Shown here piece by piece: positions 45,408 to 52,372 of a stretch of 52,372 nucleotides of DNA. The translations under genes and the position numbers were made by a program. Where the stretch lies: positions 1 to 52,372 of the IMG/VR virus record IMGVR_UViG_3300032229_000930; one strand, given 5' to 3'. Origin of the DNA: a virus (taxonomy: Duplodnaviria; Caudoviricetes). The notes beneath the pieces were generated by a model. It saw only the letters and a list, made by a program, of their open reading frames with translations. It made no database searches and was not told where the DNA came from. Position 1 is the first letter of the stretch; each line of letters starts with the position of its first letter.

Positions 45408-47260
45408 TGTGTTACAATATGATTAAGAGCTATGGAAAGTGCCTCATCAAGCTGCCGAGCCCTCATATCAAGAGATTTTAAATCGGAGATGATGATCTCC
45501 ATCTCGCGATCTATTCTTTCAATCTCAGCAGCCACATAGCGACTTGGGCTAAGGTTATAATCCTCGGCAACAGCAACCTCTGTTGTAATAACCTTCACAA
45601 ACCCTGGTAGATCTTTAGCAGAATGATAGGCCTCAGCTATTTTTGAAATCGCCTCATCTGGAAGATAGTTTTTAGGTGACCTCTTCTTCGCTTCGCCAGA
45701 GGCATTCACTAGGGTGATTTTGCCAATGCGATCCTTGGGTTTCCCCTTCCGCAAGAAAACGATCACCCCAGGAGCTGTGGTATTGTAGAAAAGATTGTCA
45801 GGCATCAGGACAACACCATCAATCAAATCCTGCTCCACGAACCATTTGCGAATTGCACGCTCTTTATCCTCGTTCTGGCTACCTGAACCACGAGATACGG
45901 CACCAGTATCGAGTATGACAGCAGCGCGGCCTCCCTCTGCCAGACTTGCGGCAGTATGTTGTAACCATGCCCAATCACCCTTGCCTGTGGTCGTCCCTCC
46001 CTGACGCTCGAAGCGGTCGAATCCATCGTTTTCAAAGACCTCGGTTTCGAAGCCTTGATTCCACATCGGGTTGGCTACGATGAGAGGAAATTTCTGAAGC
46101 GTTCCATCCAGAGAGCGGAACTTCGGATTCTTCATAGAATCCCCGCGGACTATTTCCGCCTGAAGGTCATGAATGATCGTATTCATCCATGCGATGGCAT
46201 AGCTGGGGGCTTGGAGTTCCTGACCAAAGAGCTTCAGAGGAACCTTCTTCGCCGCTGGATCGATCCTCTCGGCGACGAGCTGTAGCTTGATCAGAAGTCC
46301 AGCTGATCCGCACGCATAGTCATAGGCCAACTCCCCCGGACGAGGGCGCAAGATCTCCGCCATGAGAAATCCTACTTCGGTTGGTGTAAAAAACTCACCC
46401 GCACTTTGCCCGGAGCCCTCAGCAAACTTTCGGAGGAGGTATTCATAGCACCGGCCAAGAAAATCAGGCTCCACATCACGCAATCCAAGGCGGTATCGAG
46501 GATCCGAGAGGGCCTCAATAATGCCCTTCAGGGCTGCATCGCTGATTTCACGTTCTCCGCCAGCCCCTACATGGTTGAAGTCCACCTGATCAATGATGCC
46601 CATGAGTTGTTGATTCTGTCGGGCAATCATGCGGCAGGCCGTGGTTACATGCTCACCGAGTGTCGTGGGTTTTTTGCCTTCCGGCCACTCGAAGGGAAGA
46701 CGACCAGCAAGAACAGGCCAACGAGCTTCGGGAGGAAGATAAAAACGAACAACACGATCCTTAGCTGCCACCCCTTGCTCAACTTCACCCTCAATAATCG
46801 AGAGAGCCGTCTCTGCTTCACCGTAGGTTTCCGTGAGGCGGGCAACCTCGTCATCGAAGACATCGGAGAGGCGCTTGATGAATAAGAGCGGTAGGATGTA
46901 GTCCTTGAACTTCGGCGCATCCTTTTCACCGCGGATGGCGCAAGCCGCATCCCAGAGCATCTGCTCCATAGGCTTGGTGCCAAGAACCTTACTCGAAGCG
47001 GTCCCTCTCCTTCTTCGACTGCTTGAGACGGTTGCAACTTCAGATGGCGTTTTCGAGCCTTCTCCTGCAACAAAGCCGTTTTCCTCCATCAGTTTTTCGA
47101 TGGCCTGCATCTGCGCTCTTTGAGGCTTGGACTTCCCTCCTTCCCAACGGTTCACGGTTGCAAAAGATACATTGAGCCTGGCCGCAAGCTCCTCTTGGGA
47201 AAGCTGTAGATGACTACGGAGGCGCGAAAGGTCTGAAGATATGTGGGAAGGCATTGACAT
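45404..47260 (-). CDS. hsdM: Type I R-M methyltransferase with N-terminal XRE HTH fusion
   Basis: [21 protein letters not shown]; [24 protein letters not shown]. Confidence 0.92.
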   Translation of the reverse strand: MSMPSHISSDLSRLRSHLQLSQEELAARLNVSFATVNRWEGGKSKPQRAQMQAIEKLMEENGFVAGEGSKTPSEVATVSSSRRRRGTASSKVLGTKPMEQMLWDAACAIRGEKDAPKFKDYILPLLFIKRLSDVFDDEVARLTETYGEAETALSIIEGEVEQGVAAKDRVVRFYLPPEARWPVLAGRLPFEWPEGKKPTTLGEHVTTACRMIARQNQQLMGIIDQVDFNHVGAGGEREISDAALKGIIEALSDPRYRLGLRDVEPDFLGRCYEYLLRKFAEGSGQSAGEFFTPTEVGFLMAEILRPRPGELAYDYACGSAGLLIKLQLVAERIDPAAKKVPLKLFGQELQAPSYAIAWMNTIIHDLQAEIVRGDSMKNPKFRSLDGTLQKFPLIVANPMWNQGFETEVFENDGFDRFERQGGTTTGKGDWAWLQHTAASLAEGGRAAVILDTGAVSRGSGSQNEDKERAIRKWFVEQDLIDGVVLMPDNLFYNTTAPGVIVFLRKGKPKDRIGKITLVNASGEAKKRSPKNYLPDEAISKIAEAYHSAKDLPGFVKVITTEVAVAEDYNLSPSRYVAAEIERIDREMEIIISDLKSLDMRARQLDEALSIALNHIVTQ

Positions 47261-47290
47261 TCCTTTATGTATGATATAGCAAATCAATCA

Positions 47291-48238
47291 ATGCAAGATC
47301 GATTTCAAATTTTATCACTGGATGGTGGAGGAATCAAAGGCCTCTTCTCGGCCTACTTATTACAAAAATTGGAGGAAGACCTCCAAATCGATATTGCCTC
47401 TTGTTTTGACCTAATCATAGGAACTTCAACAGGTGGGATAATTGCACTTGCGCTCGGTATGCAGAAGACTCCCGCTCAGATTGTGGATTTATACAGCGAT
47501 CTAGGAACCAGCATTTTCCCAGGTCCGAGATGGCTCGGTGAGTTGAGGCAATATCTAGCGGTTCGCTACAGTTCCAAACCTTTGGAAAATGAACTCAAAA
47601 AATGTTTCCCAGAAGAGCAGCTTCTTGGGCACTCCAAAAAGAGACTTGTCATTCCCAGCTATGATCTTGGCCGAAGGGAGGTGCGCGTATTCAAAACTGC
47701 GCACGATGAAAGATTCACTCGTGACTACAAAGTGCCAGCCTGGCAGATCGCAATGGCAACTAGTGCCGCTCCTACATATTTCCAAGCATTTCGATCAATC
47801 GAAGAGAGGCGTTTAATAGATGGCGGCGTCTGGGCAAACAATCCGGTTATTGCAGGCATTGTCGAAGCTGTTGGTGTTCTGAAAATACCGCTCCCGTCAG
47901 TTCGTGTTCTGAGCATAGGTACTACAGCAGAAGTTACGTACCCACCCGACAAATTGGATCGTGGAGGGTTTTGGCAGTGGAAAAAAGGTGCTGCGGTAAT
48001 TATGGATGCACAATCTTCGGGCGCCACCGGCCAGGCATATCTCTTGCTTGGAAAAGATCGCTTCAAGCGAATCAACCTATCAGTGCCAAAGGACTTGTTC
48101 GCCCTTGATAAACCAGCCCCTGAGAAGCTACGTGCAGCAGCCAGCCATGTCTCGATGCATGAAGCGCCAGACATTAAGAGAATTTTTCTTGATCACGCAG
48201 CTCAGCCCTTCACCCCAAAACACCAACTAGAAAAATGA
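47291..48238 (+). CDS. capV: CBASS patatin-like phospholipase effector
   Basis: DGGGIKG, GTSTGG, SAAPTYF, DGGVWANNP; directly upstream of CD-NTase. Confidence 0.9.
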   Translation: MQDRFQILSLDGGGIKGLFSAYLLQKLEEDLQIDIASCFDLIIGTSTGGIIALALGMQKTPAQIVDLYSDLGTSIFPGPRWLGELRQYLAVRYSSKPLENELKKCFPEEQLLGHSKKRLVIPSYDLGRREVRVFKTAHDERFTRDYKVPAWQIAMATSAAPTYFQAFRSIEERRLIDGGVWANNPVIAGIVEAVGVLKIPLPSVRVLSIGTTAEVTYPPDKLDRGGFWQWKKGAAVIMDAQSSGATGQAYLLLGKDRFKRINLSVPKDLFALDKPAPEKLRAAASHVSMHEAPDIKRIFLDHAAQPFTPKHQLEK

Positions 48239-49443
48239 ACCCAATTCAATCCATTGCCCCCAGACCTTCAAATCCCATATCCAGAAAGAAGTATGTTGGA
48301 GGCTTATTGGAGCTTGCCTGTAGAGATATTGAACTCCCGAAATCGAGATTTGATGCAGCTAAAATCGCGTATGAATCAGTGGGAGAACACCTCAGTGATT
48401 CAACAAAAATAAAAGGATTTGAGCCGCGGATTTTCCCACAGGGGTCTATGTCACTTGGCACAACCGTTAAACCTCTCGATAGGGAAGAATTTGATGTGGA
48501 TTTGATATGCCATCTTCAGCGTTTGAAAAACACTGAATCCCAGGCCGCAGTAAAGACCCTTGTTGGAAAGTGTTTGGAAGAGTACGAAAAGAAGTTTGGA
48601 CCCAGCCTGACAGAACACAAGAGGTGCTGGAGGCTCAACTATGCCGAAGCAAGCCGCTTGCATCTCGATATTACACCTGCCGTACACAATCTAGAATGCC
48701 TGAACAAAGGGCTTGCAGTCCCCGATAAAGATAAAAGGAGATGGGAGCCAACACACCCAGAGGGATATGTAAATTGGTTTGAGCGTAAAGCAGCTCTATC
48801 AGTGAGAATTGGAAGCCAGCAGTTTGCCGCCAAGGAGGCTCTAGCTGTAGATCCTTTGCCGGAGAATGAAAGATTTAAGGGCATCTTGAAAAGATCTGTG
48901 CAACTTCTGAAAAGACACCGAAGTATTATGTTTCAAGGGAATGCTGATTTGGCTCCAATTTCCGTTATCATCACAACCCTTGCCGCTAAATCCTATGAGC
49001 GGATTTGTATTACCGGGCAGAACTTTGATTCTGAATTCGATGTTCTTTTCGCAATAATCAGCGGGCTTCCTCAATTTGTAGAACGCCGGATGATAAATGA
49101 ACGCTCGTTTGAATATTGGGTTCCGAACGAAACAACAGCAGGTGAAAATTTTGCGGAGAAATGGAACAATAATTTTGCATTGTATCAAGCCTTCGATGGT
49201 TGGCAGAAAAAGGCACTTCAAGACTTTGGCGCACTTGCTGAGTCTGAAGATGCACCGAAAACCTTCCACATGCTTGAAGCATGTACAGGCAATACAACAA
49301 GCAGGGTAGTACAGAGTCTGGTAACAGAGCGAATTTCTAGGAACAGAGTTGGAAATCTCCTGCGTACCAGCAGCCTTGGAACAATAAACCTCGCAGCGGG
49401 TGGTTCAGTTAAAGCTAATACCTTTTTTGGCAACCAGGAATAA
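48235..49443 (+). CDS. CBASS cGAS/DncV-like nucleotidyltransferase (CD-NTase)
   Basis: PQGSMSLGTTVKP...FDVDL, HLDITP, ENFAEKW, C-terminal TFFG-NQE. Confidence 0.92.
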   Translation: MNPIQSIAPRPSNPISRKKYVGGLLELACRDIELPKSRFDAAKIAYESVGEHLSDSTKIKGFEPRIFPQGSMSLGTTVKPLDREEFDVDLICHLQRLKNTESQAAVKTLVGKCLEEYEKKFGPSLTEHKRCWRLNYAEASRLHLDITPAVHNLECLNKGLAVPDKDKRRWEPTHPEGYVNWFERKAALSVRIGSQQFAAKEALAVDPLPENERFKGILKRSVQLLKRHRSIMFQGNADLAPISVIITTLAAKSYERICITGQNFDSEFDVLFAIISGLPQFVERRMINERSFEYWVPNETTAGENFAEKWNNNFALYQAFDGWQKKALQDFGALAESEDAPKTFHMLEACTGNTTSRVVQSLVTERISRNRVGNLLRTSSLGTINLAAGGSVKANTFFGNQE

Positions 49444-49446
49444 TCC

Positions 49447-49875
49447 ATGTTAACACAGAAGATTCGATTTACTCCCGCCCAGCAGTGGGCGCATATCAAA
49501 GGCGCATATCCAAGTGCCTGTGGGAGTCTCAATCGAGGAATTATGGATTGTCGGTTATGGCTACAACCAACCCCAATCAGTTGTGATTATCTAGCACGCA
49601 TCGTTTATAAGCAGGGCGATTTACCCAGAGTTTGGATTGAAGAACCTAACTTTAACATTATCGCTTCTGGTAAAATCATCCCTCATTTGTATGACCGAAA
49701 AAAGGTTCAACTGTGCCTTTATCATCCAAAATATAATCCATGGTCTTCTGAAAAGAGCATTTCAAAGACAATCATCCCCTGGGCATCGCTTTGGCTATTC
49801 TTTTTTGAAGACTGGCTGATTTCTGGAGAATGGCGGGGTGGAGGTGAACACTCTACATTAAAGAGGGAAAAATAA
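49447..49875 (+). CDS. Stand-alone prokaryotic E2-like protein (type II-short CBASS)
   Basis: PHLY...LCLYHP...W....I..TIIPW...WL..FE.W...GEW.GGGEH. Confidence 0.8.
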   Translation: MLTQKIRFTPAQQWAHIKGAYPSACGSLNRGIMDCRLWLQPTPISCDYLARIVYKQGDLPRVWIEEPNFNIIASGKIIPHLYDRKKVQLCLYHPKYNPWSSEKSISKTIIPWASLWLFFFEDWLISGEWRGGGEHSTLKREK

Positions 49876-50322
49876 AAGCTTCCTACTACCGGATCTGATG
49901 GCCTCTTCATCAGAACTAATCAGAATACGGAGTTTTGCGATTTTCTAAGGCGCTTCTCTCAAAATCTGCTCCCGAACGGGAGCACCAGGGGGTGATTGAG
50001 GTGCGATACTCTGGGTCATGTTCAACACGAAGAAAGCCATTTCCGGTGAGGAAGAGGCACTCTTCCTCGATGGTCGTCTCCCCGAAGCATTTTGCCACGG
50101 TGGACATCATGGAGGTCGCCCAGAACCGCGAATGGCTATCTATCGCCACCCGCCAGATCTCCCGGTACTGGCAAAGCCGTAACGAGAAGAAGAGGATTCC
50201 TCCTGCCCAGGAGAAAACCCCATGATGGAGGTTCTGAAAGAAAAAGAACCCACGATTTCTTTCAAAAGAAAGGGAAGCTCTCTCGGTAGATCCAAGCATC
50301 CAGGAGATTCTGCGAGTATGGG

Positions 50323-50394
50323 TACCACTCAAAGATAGTAAATAGGATATACTACCTTTAAGTAGTATCTTGCGCATACTACTTTGGAGTGGTA
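50323..50394. promoter_or_regulatory. Three putative HipB operators TACYAC-N6-RTRGTA at 27-bp spacing (50323, 50350, 50377)
   Basis: Palindromic repeats immediately upstream of hipB; analogous to the phased operators of E. coli hipBA. Confidence 0.75.
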
Positions 50395-50403
50395 GAAGAG
50401 ATC

Positions 50404-50685
50404 ATGCATCAGAACTATCCGGTATCCACGCCGATCCAACTTTCTCAGACCCTCAAGGCGCTGAGACATGCTGCTGGATTGAGTCAGGAGGCAGCAGGTC
50501 AGCTGCTGGGGGTGAACCAGAAGCGCCTCGCTAGGATTGAAGCAGCTCCAGAGCGGACGAGTTTTGAGCAGATTTCCCGGCTTGTTACGGCATTGGGTGG
50601 ACGACTGGAGGTGAGTCTAGCCTCTTCGATGCCTGCCAAGCAGTCTGCGGCGAAGGGTTCTCAGAAGGCATCTTCAACCTGGTAG
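50404..50685 (+). CDS. hipB: HipB-like XRE antitoxin
   Basis: LKALRHAAGLSQEAAGQLLGVNQKRLARIE; upstream of hipA. Confidence 0.88.
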   Translation: MHQNYPVSTPIQLSQTLKALRHAAGLSQEAAGQLLGVNQKRLARIEAAPERTSFEQISRLVTALGGRLEVSLASSMPAKQSAAKGSQKASSTW

Positions 50686-50693
50686 GACTCGCC

Positions 50694-52019
50694 GTGGCCA
50701 CCAAATCGCTCAGATCTCAGCTGGTTATCTGGATGAATGGCATCCGGGTGGGTGTCTGGAGTCCTCCGGTTTCCAATGCATCGAGTTTACAATATGACCC
50801 GGCTTGGATTGAGTCACCGGAGAGGAGGGTTCTGTCGCTCTCTCTTCCCTTCACGCCGGGCAATATTCCCCTGCGTGGAAAGATGGTTACGGATTTCTTC
50901 GACAATCTGCTACCGGACACGGAAGAGATCCGCAGAAGGATCATGACTCGTTACGGGACGCGCTCGACGAAGCCATTTGATCTGCTCGCAGCCATAGGCA
51001 GGGAATGCGTGGGTGCAATCCAGTTGCTGCCGGAGAGTGCGACGCCGGAGGGCTTTGATCGGATTGAGGGAGAGGTGCTGGATGAGAAGGGTGTGGAGCA
51101 GGCACTCAATGCGGCTATCTCGGGGAGCCCACTCATGGCCATGGATCAGGAGGACGAGTTCAGGATCTCGATTGCCGGAGCTCAGGAGAAAACGGCGTTT
51201 CTTTTTCATCAGGGGCGCTGGTGGCGTCCCTCTGGATCTACGCCGACGACCCATATTTTCAAACTACCGCTGGGCCTGATCGGAAATCTCCAAGTGGATA
51301 TGCAGGGATCCGTGGAGAACGAGTGGATCAGCTCGCGCATCATGAATGCCTTTGGGCTCAAGACGGCGCAGTGCGAGATTCTGCGCTTCGGAGACAGGAA
51401 GGTGCTTTCGGTGGAGCGATTCGATCGCGCGTTGATGGATGGATCGTGGATCGCCCGTCTTCCTCAGGAGGATTTCTGTCAGGCTCTCGGAGTTCCGGTC
51501 ACGCAGAAATACGAAAACCAAGGGGGCCCTGGCATTGCGAAGATCTTGGGTATTCTCAACGCAAGCTCGACCTCCGTGGAGGACAAGAGGGCCTTTGTGA
51601 AAGCCCAGATCGTTTTCTGGCTGATGGCTGCCACGGATGGACACGCCAAGAACTTCTCCATCTTCCACGAGAGGGGAGACACCTACCGATTAACCCCATT
51701 CTATGATGTGCTCTCCATGTGGCCGGTCATTGGGCATGGCTCAGGGCTGCTTGACCTCAGAAGGGCCACCATGGCCATGGGGTTAAAGGGGAAGAGTCTG
51801 CATCGAAAGATTCAGGAGATTCGTCCTTACCACTGGGACGAGGCTGCGCGGCTTGCCGGACTGGTCAAAGCCTCCGACTTAATCGAGGAAATCATTGAGC
51901 AAGTTCCCGGTGTTCTGGAACATGTGGATCGAGAAACCCCGCCGGACTTTCCCGGAAAAATCCGAGATGCGATCTTTGAGGGAATTCGCAATCAGACGGA
52001 AAAACTGAAGACTGCATGA
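50694..52019 (+). CDS. hipA: HipA family Ser/Thr kinase toxin
   Basis: ISIAGAQEKTA, THIFKLP, VERFDR, QEDFCQ, DGHAKNFS, PFYDVLS. Confidence 0.95.
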   Translation: MATKSLRSQLVIWMNGIRVGVWSPPVSNASSLQYDPAWIESPERRVLSLSLPFTPGNIPLRGKMVTDFFDNLLPDTEEIRRRIMTRYGTRSTKPFDLLAAIGRECVGAIQLLPESATPEGFDRIEGEVLDEKGVEQALNAAISGSPLMAMDQEDEFRISIAGAQEKTAFLFHQGRWWRPSGSTPTTHIFKLPLGLIGNLQVDMQGSVENEWISSRIMNAFGLKTAQCEILRFGDRKVLSVERFDRALMDGSWIARLPQEDFCQALGVPVTQKYENQGGPGIAKILGILNASSTSVEDKRAFVKAQIVFWLMAATDGHAKNFSIFHERGDTYRLTPFYDVLSMWPVIGHGSGLLDLRRATMAMGLKGKSLHRKIQEIRPYHWDEAARLAGLVKASDLIEEIIEQVPGVLEHVDRETPPDFPGKIRDAIFEGIRNQTEKLKTA

Positions 52020-52042
52020 CGCCTTCATGGCAGCAAAAAAGA

Positions 52043-52074
52043 GTGTCCCGAGGTGTCCCTAAAAGTGTCCCTCC
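52043..52074 (+). repeat. Putative integrase arm-type sites (three GTGTCCC) of right arm
   Basis: GTGTCCC at 52043, 52053 and 52065; 22-bp identity with 36538-36559. Confidence 0.8.
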
Positions 52075-52170
52075 GGAGTAGTTTTTGGTAGTCAGCGAGT
52101 AGGTGCTAGTTTTTCTTGAGTACTCTGTAGAGCCCCATAAAATAGGGCTCTAAACCCGCAGATCAGCGGC

Positions 52171-52192
52171 CGAATCCCACCCCCTCCGCCAT
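52171..52192 (+). repeat. attR core (duplicated tRNA-Ser 3' end)
   Basis: Exact match to 249-270. Confidence 0.95.
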
Positions 52193-52372
52193 CTCTTTGG
52201 GTGGGAGCCTAGGCCATCGAGGTGGAAATCAGCCTCAACTCGTATACCATTGCTTTTCCGGCCATTGACTGCACTTCAGTGATGTGTCACTTTGAGCACA
52301 TGATCGCCATCACCATCAGGGATCTTCATATGAAGACGGGGGACTGGGTCCGCAAGGCGGCTCGTCGTGACG

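Larger units (their letters stand above)
271..52192. mobile_element. tRNA-Ser-integrated tyrosine-recombinase defence island (~15.7 kb own sequence) carrying a nested Mu-like prophage
   Basis: 22-bp direct repeats of the tRNA 3' end, integrase at 36698, shared GTGTCCC repeats near both ends, R-M/CBASS/TA cargo. Confidence 0.9.

Noticed and set aside
49916-50330. Overlapping short ORFs between CBASS and hipB
   Set aside because: No consistent frame or motif; possibly a gene remnant but unsupported

Overview
The window is almost exactly one genomic island integrated at the 3' end of tRNA-Ser(TGA), bounded by a 22-bp direct repeat (249-270 / 52171-52192), and it is two nested elements. (1) A ~15.7-kb tyrosine-integrase defence island: an atypical integrase, a type I R-M operon (HTH-fused HsdM, HsdS, split HsdR, M48 peptidase) with an ApeA-like HEPN gene and a DUF3800 gene plus a candidate antisense structured RNA inserted between hsdS and hsdR, a divergent CBASS (CapV, CD-NTase, stand-alone E2) and hipBA. 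(2) A 36,180-bp Mu-like transposable prophage (288-36467, CCTGC 5-bp target duplication, inverted AGGTTTGGGA end sites) inserted 17 bp inside the island's attL, separating the core from the putative integrase arm sites. The prophage has a leftward early region (B3/BcepMu-like layout), a switch made of two divergent ribbon-helix-helix proteins, an RlpA-like endolysin and u-spanin-like lipoprotein, an HK97-type head with a portal-MuF fusion, a sheathless tail, and two distal tail-region genes with Tad2/DUF2829-like domains. It shows signs of domestication: a terminal CT instead of CA and an in-frame stop in the holin. The host is probably Verrucomicrobia-like (inference). All family assignments are by motif recognition, not database search.
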